Position numbers and translations under genes: made by a program. Below the pieces are notes generated by a model that was not told the DNA's origin, did no database searches, and saw nothing but the letters and a program-made list of their open reading frames with translations. A stretch of DNA of 64,000 bases from TPA_inf: Saccharomyces (Eukaryota), in assembly GCA_000146045.2 (NCBI GenBank), contig BK006949.2:512001-576000 (forward strand). Direction: 5' to 3'. Of the stretch, positions 27,385-45,837 are shown one piece after another (position 1 is the first letter of the stretch; every line of letters begins with the position of its first letter).

Positions 27385-29970
27385 ATGGACAAAAAGGAAT
27401 ATTCGGAGACTTTCTATCATCCTTATAAGCCCTATGATATTCAGGTACAGTTAATGGAAACTGTATACAGAGTGCTATCCGAAGGGAAGAAAATAGCTAT
27501 CCTGGAAAGCCCCACTGGGACAGGCAAGACGCTGTCCTTAATCTGTGCCACGATGACTTGGTTGAGAATGAATAAAGCAGATATTTTCACCCGCATGGAA
27601 ACTAACATCAAAACGAATGAAGATGATAGTGAAAACCTAAGCGATGACGAGCCAGACTGGGTTATTGACACTTATCGAAAGTCTGTTTTACAAGAAAAGG
27701 TGGATTTGCTAAATGATTATGAGAAGCATTTAAACGAAATTAACACGACCAGTTGTAAGCAGTTGAAAACTATGTGTGATTTAGATAAAGAACATGGAAG
27801 ATATAAATCAGTTGATCCATTAAGAAAGAAACGCAAAGGCGCTAGGCACCTTGATGTATCACTTGAAGAACAAGATTTTATTCCGCGCCCGTACGAATCA
27901 GATTCTGAAAACAATGATACCTCCAAAAGCACAAGAGGAGGAAGAATATCTGATAAAGATTACAAATTGAGTGAACTAAATTCACAAATAATAACACTTT
28001 TAGACAAAATTGATGGGAAGGTTTCGAGAGATCCAAACAATGGCGATCGCTTTGACGTTACAAATCAAAATCCAGTGAAAATATATTATGCATCCAGAAC
28101 TTATTCACAATTAGGTCAATTTACTTCTCAGTTAAGATTACCCTCGTTCCCATCATCCTTTAGGGATAAGGTCCCAGATGAAAAGGTGAAGTACTTACCA
28201 CTTGCTTCGAAAAAGCAGCTTTGTATTAATCCAAAAGTGATGAAGTGGAAAACATTGGAAGCTATTAATGACGCATGTGCGGACCTTAGACATAGTAAAG
28301 AGGGATGTATCTTTTATCAAAATACAAACGAATGGCGTCATTGTCCTGATACGTTAGCTCTCAGAGATATGATTTTTTCAGAAATTCAAGATATTGAAGA
28401 TTTAGTTCCCCTGGGAAAATCTTTGGGAATTTGTCCCTATTACGCCTCGAGGGAGGCACTTCCTATTGCGGAGGTAGTGACTTTGCCATATCAATACTTA
28501 CTTTCTGAGTCCACCCGTTCAAGTCTTCAAATAAACCTTGAAAATTCTATAGTAATTATTGATGAGGCTCATAATTTGATAGAAACAATAAATTCTATAT
28601 ATTCCTCTCAGATCTCGTTGGAGGACTTAAAGAATTGCCATAAGGGGATAGTAACTTATTTCAACAAATTTAAGTCCAGGCTCAATCCCGGTAACAGAGT
28701 AAATCTATTAAAGCTCAATTCACTTTTGATGACTCTGATTCAATTTATAGTTAAAAATTTCAAGAAGATAGGACAAGAAATAGATCCTAACGATATGTTC
28801 ACAGGAAGTAACATCGATACCCTAAACATTCATAAACTATTGAGATATATAAAAGTCTCCAAAATTGCTTACAAAATTGACACGTATAACCAGGCACTAA
28901 AAGAGGAAGAATCGTCAAAAAATGAAAATCCAATAAAAGAAACGCATAAAAAATCAGTTTCTTCTCAGCCATTACTTTTCAAGGTTTCTCAATTCCTATA
29001 TTGTTTGACAAATTTGACGTCAGAAGGACAATTTTTTTTTGAGAAAAATTATTCAATAAAGTACATGCTTCTAGAACCAAGTAAACCTTTTGAGTCAATA
29101 CTAAATCAAGCAAAATGTGTAGTCCTTGCAGGTGGGACAATGGAACCCATGTCAGAGTTTTTGTCGAATTTGCTACCTGAAGTTCCTTCTGAAGACATTA
29201 CGACCTTGTCGTGCAATCATGTTATACCGAAAGAGAATTTGCAAACTTATATCACAAACCAGCCTGAGCTTGAGTTCACATTCGAAAAAAGAATGTCTCC
29301 CTCCCTTGTAAATAATCATCTTTTTCAATTTTTTGTTGATCTGAGCAAAGCAGTTCCTAAAAAGGGTGGTATTGTAGCTTTTTTTCCAAGCTATCAGTAT
29401 TTGGCGCATGTAATTCAGTGCTGGAAACAGAATGACAGGTTTGCTACATTAAATAACGTGAGGAAAATATTCTATGAAGCAAAAGACGGCGATGATATTC
29501 TATCTGGATATTCTGATTCGGTAGCAGAGGGAAGGGGGTCTCTTTTGCTGGCTATTGTTGGGGGAAAATTATCAGAGGGAATAAATTTTCAAGATGATTT
29601 ATGTAGGGCTGTGGTGATGGTGGGCCTGCCGTTCCCAAATATTTTTAGTGGAGAACTAATAGTTAAAAGGAAGCATTTGGCCGCTAAAATAATGAAGTCA
29701 GGCGGAACGGAAGAGGAAGCTTCACGAGCAACAAAGGAGTTTATGGAGAATATTTGTATGAAAGCTGTCAACCAAAGTGTTGGACGTGCTATACGGCATG
29801 CAAATGATTACGCAAACATTTACTTGCTCGATGTGCGATATAATAGGCCCAATTTCCGGAAAAAATTGTCACGTTGGGTGCAAGATTCTATCAATTCCGA
29901 ACATACAACACATCAGGTCATTTCTTCAACACGGAAGTTTTTTTCAATGCGCAGCCTGAATTCACGCTAA
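27385..29970 (+). CDS. CHL1: DEAH-box DNA helicase Chl1 (FANCJ/DDX11-like), 861 aa, involved in sister chromatid cohesion.
   Basis: A Walker A motif ([11 protein letters not shown]) and a DEAH box (IIDEAHNL) are present, along with the Fe-S cluster cysteines (C..C..C) of XPD-family helicases. The length is 861 aa. Confidence 0.95.
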
Positions 29971-30081
29971 AAGGAATACGTTTACGTGTATACTGTGATT
30001 ACTACTATATATTATAGTAAACTAAACTGATATTTATGACTACTTTTTATATCTGCAAGTAATTCTTTGTCTCTTGTATCC

Positions 30082-31848
30082 TTACATAACTTCCAGCGTT
30101 GTTCCACAATATACGCTTATTTCATTAAATCTTTCTAATAGACCCCTTGTAAACCAACCATAATCATTCAAATCATCTCGTTTTATGTCTATTACCCGTT
30201 GTTTGCTCACGGGACATATCTTTACATGCGTTGTAAGTATTGGAAGCAAAGTGACACCACACCTCTTCCACGTGTTATTCGTGGTGGATGTTACAGTTTC
30301 AGGGTCAGCCGTGAAGCTTTCTAAATTGAACGTTTCCTCGAGAAAGCTGTTCTTCATCAATAACGTGCCGTTGTAAATTGGCGCTTCTCTTTTAAGTATT
30401 GCCGCTATAGATAATACGCAAGCTAAATCAAAACTATTCGTTAATTCGGATTTTTTGTTTATAGCGTATTCATATAAGGCTTCCAAAAATGACAAAATTG
30501 ACGGTTTATCGATAGTCATATTCAAGAACATTATAATCCTCATCTCTTCACTTTTCATTAATGCATTGAGGTATGATTGGAAATCCAGACTAATAGGGTA
30601 ATTACCATTCAGTAATTTCTTGTTCATACTGAAATTTTCTGGAAGTTTGGGCAGCGATTGGTTGTAAATTTGGTACGTCTGATACCACGCTAATCCAACA
30701 GCACGTTCAGAAATTGTCCAAGTATGATATAGTGGGGCGAACATGATGTTAAACGATTGTTCTGAAGCTATTTTATATTTGAAAGCCACCCGTTCCATAT
30801 CGTATACTATGGCTATTGAATAGCCGTCTGGAGAGAGAGATATTCCGTGTATGACAAGAGTTGTTTCATAATTATTGAATTCATTCCAAATTGTGCTCCA
30901 TTTCTTGAATTTCTTCTCTAAGTAAGGCGCGATAATATTATCAGCCGTCACATGAAGTTCGTCTTCTAGTAAAACTTTATAACTAGTCTTATTGGACATC
31001 AATAATATCGTGCTCTCTTTCTCATGATTCAATGGGATTATATGAAAATTTTCGAGAGATCCTGTTTTCAAGCTAGAAATTGAATAATTTTTTAAATCTA
31101 TCTTATGCACATATCCGGGACAAGTTAAAACCACCTTATAATCCACTATCTTTAAATCAGTAATTTTTCTTCTCGAAGCATTTTGTATCATTCTAGAAAC
31201 GGGTTGATGAGAGGAAGCAGAAACTGTCATTGAAAATACAGAATTGTTTGAAAGCGCCGCTACAAGAACGTCTTCGTACCATACTATATGAGTGACCCAG
31301 TCTTTTGAGCCTGCGTCACTTAATCTAATACTACTCTCAAAATAAAATTCTGGAGTATTTTCTGAATTTTTGCGAATGCTAAAGAATTGAAGCTCACCGT
31401 CTTCATTACCAACCACGATTGATGATTCAATAGGATTCCATTCAAAACAATGGTAGGTTCTGCTACTTAAGTTTCCTTTTGAATCGAGATTTGTGAGCAT
31501 TTTGTTATCTTTGAACACAGAAACATTACCATTATTGCTCAATACGGCCATCCAATCGTCTATTGGTGATGGCTTACAGACTCTGGGATAACAAACAGGT
31601 TGTGAATTTAATAACCCATTCTGTTGCGCCAGCTCGAAATCCAGTTTATTTTCAAATTCTAGCGGGAATTCTTTCACATGAAATAAATTCTTACTGTTGC
31701 AATTAATGTCTTTAGCATATTTTGGCTGCCCAATGCTAATATCAGGAAATGTGGTCAAATATAGAGTACCATCCCGAGCCCATGTTAAATTGTTCTTCCA
31801 ATCCTCAAATTCCTTTCTATCTACCAATAAGTCCTTTAGAAGCTTCAT
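30082..31848 (-). CDS. TFC8: TFIIIC subunit tau60 (Tfc8), 588 aa.
   Basis: The length is 588 aa. It has a WD40-like beta-propeller composition. It sits between CHL1 and NCR1. Confidence 0.87.
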   Translation of the reverse strand: MKLLKDLLVDRKEFEDWKNNLTWARDGTLYLTTFPDISIGQPKYAKDINCNSKNLFHVKEFPLEFENKLDFELAQQNGLLNSQPVCYPRVCKPSPIDDWMAVLSNNGNVSVFKDNKMLTNLDSKGNLSSRTYHCFEWNPIESSIVVGNEDGELQFFSIRKNSENTPEFYFESSIRLSDAGSKDWVTHIVWYEDVLVAALSNNSVFSMTVSASSHQPVSRMIQNASRRKITDLKIVDYKVVLTCPGYVHKIDLKNYSISSLKTGSLENFHIIPLNHEKESTILLMSNKTSYKVLLEDELHVTADNIIAPYLEKKFKKWSTIWNEFNNYETTLVIHGISLSPDGYSIAIVYDMERVAFKYKIASEQSFNIMFAPLYHTWTISERAVGLAWYQTYQIYNQSLPKLPENFSMNKKLLNGNYPISLDFQSYLNALMKSEEMRIIMFLNMTIDKPSILSFLEALYEYAINKKSELTNSFDLACVLSIAAILKREAPIYNGTLLMKNSFLEETFNLESFTADPETVTSTTNNTWKRCGVTLLPILTTHVKICPVSKQRVIDIKRDDLNDYGWFTRGLLERFNEISVYCGTTLEVM

Positions 31849-32573
31849 TATGAATTGAATTGGCTTTCCTAACTCCTAACAAAGTTAGTCATGCTGCTTT
31901 TTTCATTATATATAATTCTGTCTAATCATTGTTTAGATCTCATTATTGAGAAAAGTGCGTTGCGCGTAAGAAACAGAATACACTTAAGGTGCGAAATGAC
32001 GGAAGAAATACGCCATTTAAAGCCTTCCAATACGAAGCAAAACTTCAAAAGCAAATGCTGGGAAGTTGGATTATCTTTGGGAAGGTCTATTTCCTTTTTT
32101 ATTGAAATAAATCATTCAGCTAATTGCATACCGTGGCTAATGTCACAACAGATGTAAGCAACAATTTAATCTTACATAAATGTGTTGCAGTTGTGGTATT
32201 TCGTAATATATACGCAATGATTCTCTCCTATTATTGAACTGCTATGCAGGTATTCGCTACATTGTTTTTCTACAGGCAGTCGTCGACATAAATAACTTGT
32301 ATAATCATTTAAGCGCATCCCAGTAATTAACTATTACCGAACGATAGAGTAGTCAAGATATTCTCTTCCCATCACTAACATCAAGAGCGCCACTTTTTGG
32401 CAATTAAACTAGACTTCTGGATGGCGCTAGCCCATTACCTACAGTACTAAAGATTATTTGCGATATTCTGATAAAGAGCCTTGAACTTCTCGGGTGACCC
32501 CCTTAGCGTTTATATAGCGGGAGTGCCAAACGAGAGGAACATCAACAACCAGTATAACAACGTTCTTGTGTAG

Positions 32574-36143
<3,570 letters not shown>

Positions 36144-36470
36144 CCATAGCAGATTATACTATATTTTACGTAGTGAAAAAATAGGTAAAAATTCGTTAAT
36201 TATTCTGATGCCACACCAGAAAATCTGTGGGAAAATTTTTCGAGTCAGAAATGATAACACTAACACAGGCTTCGTTGTTATCGTGCATTGAAGTTAGATA
36301 CTTCTACTATATTTAATCTTTAATAGTGTCATAAAAGTATTATTGGTTTCGGGCGAAAATCGTCATTTTCGCACACAGAACTTCAAAAGAGGAAAGGCCA
36401 AAAGAACTAAAACCGATTACTTCGGGGTGATTTTGTTCTGGCATCTTCTGGCACTCTTGGGCATCCTTAG

Positions 36471-38306
<1,836 letters not shown>

Positions 38307-38631
38307 TGAGGGAGGCATAAGTGCCCTGGCATTTGGACAGGAATTTTATTAATATAGGCATTTTTATTGTACATATATACTTCATAGATCATATTCATTT
38401 AATTAGACTTCGAAAAGTTGAATCTCTTACGGCAAAGGAGAACAAGAGAAAGGTTAATTATTAGGTCTTATAAAATTTGTTCAATTAATTATAAAGGTGA
38501 TTACAATACCGGAATATTGGCCGAACAATACTTGAACCAAATTCAGATGAAATTAATAATAGGTAGACACGAGCTGGTGAAAAACAAGCACAATATAGAA
38601 AGGTTCGAATATATTAATTATTAGAAAAAAC

Positions 38632-39657
38632 TCAGATGTTTTCAGAACCGGAGGTATGACCGTTTTGACTAACATGATGATCGGCCTCATGGGCTTCATC
38701 ATCTACAGGAACTTCAGTAGTCCATTCAACTTCCTCTTCTTCGACTACTTGACCGGGGATATCTCCATTTTGGATTTCAGGTTCTTCTTCTTCTTCACCA
38801 TCTTCGTCTTCATAGACGTCATCAACGGTCTGATGAAATGAAAGAGTTGGTTTGACTGCAGCCATGTCTAGGGTCCAAGATTCCAAGGCCGATTCAGCAT
38901 CCATAATAATTTGGCGAGAAGCTTCATAGCCATCGTACGCTGGTCTAGCTTCACCTGGAGTGACAGGAGAGTCATCTAGCAGCTCCAATAAGGCCTTTCC
39001 GTATCCAGCAATCAGGGCAAATTTTTCAGAAAGCTCTCTTAATGAATCAAACATATAACTATAAGCAGCCTTTAATTTTTCACGTGTGATATTCGATAAT
39101 TGAGCCTCCGCAACCAAAGATTCAGCTTCGGCACGAACTAGTTCTTGCTCTAAAACTGGGATTTTTGTTGATTGAGGATCTTTATATTTCAAATGGGCAA
39201 TTTCATCTGTGATCTTTTCCTTACGATCTCTCGAAGGTTGAACAGAGGCTTCAATGTTCCTAATTGATTTTAATGTGACTCTGTATTGATCATATTTATC
39301 GATGAACTGGTCCTGTAGTTCACCCAACTCATATATTAAGACGCCTAATTTGTCGGTTACGTCGGAAACATCATCATCATTGTCAGCACCCCATAGAGAC
39401 AGTTGCTTTGCAGCTTCACGGCGTTCGCTGGCAACAACTTCCATAGCTCTAAGGACACCTTTTTCAGTCTTAACCAATTGAGATAATTTACGAGCCAACT
39501 CTGGCCCAAAGTTACCAGCCGCATTTTTTCTAAAACTAGACGCAATAGAGGCCTTTCCGAAGAACTTGGACTTCGTTGAGGATGGTGGTGGTGGAGGAGC
39601 TTGTAGCTCAGCAGCCGTTGGAGCTCTTTGATTTCTTAAAGAGTAAGTTCTGTGCAT
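38632..39657 (-). CDS. LSP1: Eisosome BAR-domain protein Lsp1, 341 aa from the internal ATG (MHRTYSLRNQRAPTAAELQ).
   Basis: It has the Pil1/Lsp1 BAR domain and an acidic C-terminus. The length is 341 aa after trimming 21 codons. Confidence 0.92.
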   Translation of the reverse strand: MHRTYSLRNQRAPTAAELQAPPPPPSSTKSKFFGKASIASSFRKNAAGNFGPELARKLSQLVKTEKGVLRAMEVVASERREAAKQLSLWGADNDDDVSDVTDKLGVLIYELGELQDQFIDKYDQYRVTLKSIRNIEASVQPSRDRKEKITDEIAHLKYKDPQSTKIPVLEQELVRAEAESLVAEAQLSNITREKLKAAYSYMFDSLRELSEKFALIAGYGKALLELLDDSPVTPGEARPAYDGYEASRQIIMDAESALESWTLDMAAVKPTLSFHQTVDDVYEDEDGEEEEEPEIQNGDIPGQVVEEEEVEWTTEVPVDDEAHEADHHVSQNGHTSGSENI

Positions 39658-39834
39658 TCTTGTGTTGGAGCTTTGAAAGTTTAATCTTTCGTATACCAAA
39701 TAAAGAGAATTTACGGTCAAGCATTGGAATTGAGGAAAGAGGTTAACTGATTTTTTTCTTTTCTATCTCACCTGTTTATATATTGCGATTTAGCCGTTGC
39801 ATCTTCCCGGTTTTTCCGTCTTTTTTTTAAAGGG

Positions 39835-39850
39835 CCCCTTTTTATCCCCT
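39835..39850. promoter_or_regulatory. Two STRE cores CCCCT (39835-39839 and 39846-39850), about 180-190 bp upstream of the LSP1 ATG.
   Basis: They are exact Msn2/4 STRE pentamers. Their function is not verified. Confidence 0.4.
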
Positions 39851-40019
39851 CTAACGCCTTTCGCAATCCCCTTTTCACTCGGCTGCAACGAGCGGGGTTG
39901 TAAGAGCTAAGCTTTCTAGCCTAGCAATGAAATAGAAGGACAAGTCAGACGATTGACGTCAAAAAAATGAGTCGCCTCTCTTTCTTTCTTAGGCCAACTA
40001 GACAGCCGTAGATGAAAAT

Positions 40020-41408
40020 ATGGAAAGATATGATAGACAGCTGAGACTATGGGGAGCATTGGGCCAAGATAGTTTGAACCGGTCCCGTGTGTGCGTGGTA
40101 GGACCTGCTACACCTTTGCTGCAGGAAGTTTTTAAGAATCTGGTGCTTGCCGGAATATCATCTCTTACTTGGCTCAAAGTAGAGTGTGCAGTTCAATCGG
40201 GTTCTCTGTTTTTAGCAGAGCTTAAAAAAGATCTTGAGCCATTGGCTTCTAAACAGCTAGAATATGAGGAAAATGACCTTAGAAAGACGTTACAGCAACC
40301 TCAGTATGATTGGACCCGCTTCTCGGTGGTGATCTTGACTTGTATTGGTGAGCAAACTGCGATGCTCGATTTAAATGAGATTAGGCGGCAGAGAGGAACA
40401 AAGTTTCCGCCTGTTCTAAACACTTTCGTCTCTGGATTTTATGGATATATATATCTGGTACTCTCAGAAACACATTTTGTTTTGCAAGCACACCCAGATA
40501 GTAAGAAGTATGATTTACGGTTACAGAACCCTTGGCCTGAACTAATAAATTACGTAGATACATTTGACCTAAGTAAAATGGATACAGCCACGTTTTCTGG
40601 TATTCCATATACTGTTTTGCTCATGAAGTGTATTGCAAAACTTGAAAGGGATGGTAATAATGGGAGGATAACGATTGATCAGATGAAGAAAGTTTTAGAC
40701 CAAATTTGCCTTCCTTTAGGGAATGATGTTATCTACGAACCCAATTATGTGGAAGCTAAACGCTATGCTTACTTGGCCTGCTCTCAAAATGATTGTTGTA
40801 AAGAACTGGAAGATCTGCTCCGAAATTTGGAAATATCAGATTATGGGAACGATTGGCATGATACTTATAACTACGAGATTCTCACACTATTATTGACTTT
40901 GAAAAATATTGCTAAAGAGAATGGGGAGCTCAGCTTTCAACCTTTAACGGGCACTCTCCCAGATATGGAGTCAACAACGGAAAATTATATCAGACTCAAG
41001 AAACTGTATGAAGTAAAAGCAAAGCTTGACAAGTCTCGTGTGGAGGAAAGTTTGGCTCGCAGTAAAAAAATAGTTTCACAGGATGTCTTGGAGACATTTT
41101 GTTCTCATTACGGGGAGGTCAGGAAAATATTGCCGCCAAAAAGTGACTTGTTAGGTATTTTTAGCACCTCGAATGCCCTTTTAGATGCATTAGTTATGGT
41201 CCAATTCTGGGAGCAACCGGCAGTAACTGCAGAGGATAAAGATGAGTTTATTGGTTTACGAGTCGACGATAACTATTCCGTAATGGCCTTTTTTGGAGGT
41301 GCAGTGGTTCAAGAGGCTATAAAGCTTATCACACACCATTACGTTCCTATTGATAACCTATTTTTATATAATGGCATTAATAATTCATCCGCAACATATA
41401 AAATATAA
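40020..41408 (+). CDS. ULA1: NEDD8 (Rub1)-activating enzyme E1 regulatory subunit Ula1, 462 aa.
   Basis: A ThiF/E1-like fold begins MERYDRQLRLWG. The length is 462 aa. Confidence 0.9.
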   Translation: MERYDRQLRLWGALGQDSLNRSRVCVVGPATPLLQEVFKNLVLAGISSLTWLKVECAVQSGSLFLAELKKDLEPLASKQLEYEENDLRKTLQQPQYDWTRFSVVILTCIGEQTAMLDLNEIRRQRGTKFPPVLNTFVSGFYGYIYLVLSETHFVLQAHPDSKKYDLRLQNPWPELINYVDTFDLSKMDTATFSGIPYTVLLMKCIAKLERDGNNGRITIDQMKKVLDQICLPLGNDVIYEPNYVEAKRYAYLACSQNDCCKELEDLLRNLEISDYGNDWHDTYNYEILTLLLTLKNIAKENGELSFQPLTGTLPDMESTTENYIRLKKLYEVKAKLDKSRVEESLARSKKIVSQDVLETFCSHYGEVRKILPPKSDLLGIFSTSNALLDALVMVQFWEQPAVTAEDKDEFIGLRVDDNYSVMAFFGGAVVQEAIKLITHHYVPIDNLFLYNGINNSSATYKI

Positions 41409-41626
41409 AATTTTTTCGTCAGCTCTCCGAGTTCATAGAATGCTTATTTTATTGTACTTCCCTGGTTTGCGTTGATGCAAATAAAGACTAAATGTAAACT
41501 TTTATGATGCATATGATATCGAATGTTTACAACAACGAGAGATCACCGGTAAGAACTGTGCTCAATAAAATACAACATCGATAAATACTTAACGCTCATC
41601 CACCATTCCTGTTCAAGTCAACTATC

Positions 41627-42328
41627 TCACAGTTGCCTCGTAATCCAAGAGGGATCCCAATACAACGCCTCTGCACCACCTTGATAATCAATCCACAATA
41701 AACCGTTAGCGACCATTTCATCAAGAGCAGATTTACTCCTAACAGCCTCCCATCCCAAGTTTGCCTTTAATAAAGAGATACTTGAGTAGCCCAGAATTGA
41801 GCATATTTCCAAAATCTTTGTTTGATCTGATGTCAACTCATTTGGAACACTTCGTAAAAACTTTTTGCCGCGAATTTGAAATATCTCAAAACACTCTAGG
41901 CTCTTTAGCATGTCGATAGATTTTTCCAAATCATCGAGTCCAACATTCAGCTTACGAAAATGCACCTTCTCCAACTCTTGAAAAGAAATGACGCCTCCAT
42001 TCATATCTTTAGTTTGCCGACAAATTTCTATAACTTTAAGACATACTTCATAATAAAAATCATTCACTGTAAATAAGTGCTTATCTCGATCAAATAAAGA
42101 TAGGGGATCAATCCCAATAGATGAGCACATATGCATGAATTTTGAGCGGAATTCAGGTGAAGCTTGAAGCTCGCTATTGTGTTTCTTGGCAAATTCTACC
42201 AGTCGTTCTTGGAATACCATTAATTGGTCCCTTAGTTCGACAGATTGCTTTTCAAGTATGGTTTTGTTTACGTCATTGTACTTTCCATCCTTCAACTCGT
42301 CAAAGGCTGCCAGTCCAAACTGTTTCAT
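41627..42328 (-). CDS. SNF8: ESCRT-II subunit Snf8 (Vps22), 233 aa.
   Basis: It has tandem winged-helix domains. The length is 233 aa. Confidence 0.9.
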   Translation of the reverse strand: MKQFGLAAFDELKDGKYNDVNKTILEKQSVELRDQLMVFQERLVEFAKKHNSELQASPEFRSKFMHMCSSIGIDPLSLFDRDKHLFTVNDFYYEVCLKVIEICRQTKDMNGGVISFQELEKVHFRKLNVGLDDLEKSIDMLKSLECFEIFQIRGKKFLRSVPNELTSDQTKILEICSILGYSSISLLKANLGWEAVRSKSALDEMVANGLLWIDYQGGAEALYWDPSWITRQL

Positions 42329-42577
42329 GTTAGTGAGTTTCGAAGTTGGCTGTTACGCCAAGCATTTTCAAGTCGTGGTAAAGTCTTTGGTCTACTGCAT
42401 CGCCTCAAAAGGTTATAATATATCCCAGAATTGATGGATTAAGTTCTTGAAATAGCACACCGTTATAAGTGATAAATATATTGTCTTCGAATAACGAATT
42501 TATTAGATTTCTATGTATTTCTACTTGAAGTTAGGAATAGATCTTTCTGGAATTGTTTTCAGCAAAATTATGCTTAA

Positions 42578-43729
<1,152 letters not shown>

Positions 43730-43956
43730 CTGTTTATTAAATATATAATAACATATTTATTTGTTTAACAAGCCTGAAATAAGAAATTCTTTTATAAATA
43801 CATCATCGAGATGATCATCAAAGTGTCTCTATAGTTAATATAAGCTTATGCAAAGGTTGAAGCCGTTATGTTGTCGTAATTCTAAATTACAGGTTATATT
43901 AAAGAGATTATCTTGACTGATATAAAATTTCTTATCATGGTAGTGATCACAAATAG

Positions 43957-44071
43957 ATCACATGATATATTTTTTATTTTTAATTTTTTTTAATTATAAA
44001 AATAATTTTTTTCTTTAAATTAAACAAAAATAAAAAATTGTTTTTTGTTGGTTAAGATTTCCGAAAATAGA
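43957..44071. other. CEN16: Point centromere CEN16: CDEI ATCACATG (43957-43964), CDEII of about 81 bp that is more than 90 percent A+T (43965-44045), and CDEIII TGTTGGTTAAGATTTCCGAAAATAGAAA with the essential CCG at 44061-44063.
   Basis: The CDEI consensus is RTCACRTG. The AT-rich spacer has the canonical length. The CDEIII core TTCCGAA is flanked by TGT and AAA. The element lies in the intergenic gap between HAT1 and CIT3, where CEN16 maps. Confidence 0.9.
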
Positions 44072-44376
44072 AATATTATTCAGTTGAAAGACAAAAAAAC
44101 ATAAATATTTCTATGAGCAAACAATTTGAACAGAAAAATAAAATTGGGGAAGTGACACACCATGGTAGCGGTTCTAAAGCGAAATCGGCAAAGCGGCTAA
44201 ATAGCAGTTTTGATGACTTACTCCACACTGAAAATGGATGACCTTAAATAGGAGATAAAGCTTTTTCATCCCTATGTATTTAAGATGACTGGCTTGTCAA
44301 GCATTCTAATCATAAAAAAAAGATCGTATTTGATCAAGAATTTATACATAGACGCCGCTAAATAATTGAATACAAA

Positions 44377-45837
44377 ATGGTACAAAGGCTTCTACCGGGC
44401 GCACATATATGCAGAAGGTCCTTCAATTCGTCTGCAATTATAAAGTCTTCTGCATTGACTCTCAAGGAAGCATTAGAAAACGTGATACCTAAGAAAAGAG
44501 ATGCTGTGAAGAAATTGAAGGCCTGTTATGGCAGCACGTTTGTCGGACCGATTACCATTTCATCAGTTCTAGGTGGGATGAGAGGTAATCAGTCAATGTT
44601 TTGGCAAGGAACATCATTAGATCCCGAACATGGCATTAAATTTCAAGGTTTAACGATTGAAGAATGTCAAAATAGATTACCTAATACAGGTATTGATGGC
44701 GATAATTTCCTGCCAGAATCAATGTTATGGCTGTTGATGACAGGTGGTGTGCCAACTTTCCAGCAAGCTGCTTCTTTCAGGAAAGAATTGGCTATTCGTG
44801 GAAGGAAATTGCCACATTATACAGAGAAAGTTTTGTCAAGTTTACCCAAAGATATGCACCCTATGACCCAACTTGCAATTGGTTTAGCATCAATGAACAA
44901 AGGATCCCTCTTTGCTACAAACTACCAAAAGGGCCTCATAGGAAAGATGGAATTTTGGAAAGATACTCTTGAAGATTCGCTAAATTTAATTGCTTCACTC
45001 CCGCTGCTGACTGGGAGAATTTATTCGAACATTACAAATGAGGGACACCCATTAGGTCAATATAGTGAGGAGGTGGATTGGTGTACAAACATATGTTCCC
45101 TGCTCGGCATGACAAATGGAACGAACTCTTCTAATACATGCAACCTTACTTCCCAGCAATCCCTGGACTTCATAAACTTGATGCGGTTATATACCGGTAT
45201 ACATGTAGACCATGAAGGTGGTAATGTTTCTGCTCACACCACCCACTTGGTTGGAAGTGCGTTGAGTGACCCGTATCTCAGCTATTCATCTGGAATAATG
45301 GGATTAGCGGGTCCTTTGCATGGGTTAGCAGCACAAGAAGTAGTAAGGTTTCTCATAGAGATGAACTCTAATATTTCCAGCATTGCACGAGAACAAGAAA
45401 TCAAAGATTATCTTTGGAAAATTTTGAATTCAAACCGTGTGATCCCCGGTTATGGGCACGCAGTTTTGCGTAAACCGGATCCTCGATTTACAGCAATGCT
45501 TGAATTTGCGCAAAAGAGGCCTATTGAATTTGAGAACGACAAGAACGTTTTGTTGATGCAAAAATTGGCAGAAATAGCGCCTAAGGTTTTGTTGGAACAC
45601 GGAAAGAGTAAGAATCCATTTCCCAATGTTGACTCTGCATCGGGGATTTTGTTTTATCATTATGGAATCAGGGAATTATTATTCTTTACCGTCATTTTTG
45701 GGTGTTCAAGGGCCATGGGACCCTTGACACAACTTGTTTGGGATCGCATTCTAGGTTTACCAATTGAAAGGCCCAAGAGTTTGAACTTGGAGGGTCTGGA
45801 AGCACTTACCAAAGCAAGCAATGTTAACAAGTTGTAA
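44377..45837 (+). CDS. CIT3: Mitochondrial citrate / 2-methylcitrate synthase Cit3, 486 aa.
   Basis: The citrate synthase signature GYGHAVLR and a catalytic His/Asp context are present. The length is 486 aa. Confidence 0.94.
   Translation: MVQRLLPGAHICRRSFNSSAIIKSSALTLKEALENVIPKKRDAVKKLKACYGSTFVGPITISSVLGGMRGNQSMFWQGTSLDPEHGIKFQGLTIEECQNRLPNTGIDGDNFLPESMLWLLMTGGVPTFQQAASFRKELAIRGRKLPHYTEKVLSSLPKDMHPMTQLAIGLASMNKGSLFATNYQKGLIGKMEFWKDTLEDSLNLIASLPLLTGRIYSNITNEGHPLGQYSEEVDWCTNICSLLGMTNGTNSSNTCNLTSQQSLDFINLMRLYTGIHVDHEGGNVSAHTTHLVGSALSDPYLSYSSGIMGLAGPLHGLAAQEVVRFLIEMNSNISSIAREQEIKDYLWKILNSNRVIPGYGHAVLRKPDPRFTAMLEFAQKRPIEFENDKNVLLMQKLAEIAPKVLLEHGKSKNPFPNVDSASGILFYHYGIRELLFFTVIFGCSRAMGPLTQLVWDRILGLPIERPKSLNLEGLEALTKASNVNKL

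Noticed and set aside
44113-44241. A 42-codon ORF (MSKQFEQKNKIGEVTHHGSGSKAKSAKRLNSSFDDLLHTENG) starting 42 bp right of CDEIII.
   Set aside because: It is below any reasonable size threshold, has no recognisable motif, and lies in the nucleosome-positioned pericentromeric flank that doubles as the CIT3 promoter. It would need ribosome profiling or conservation to be taken seriously.
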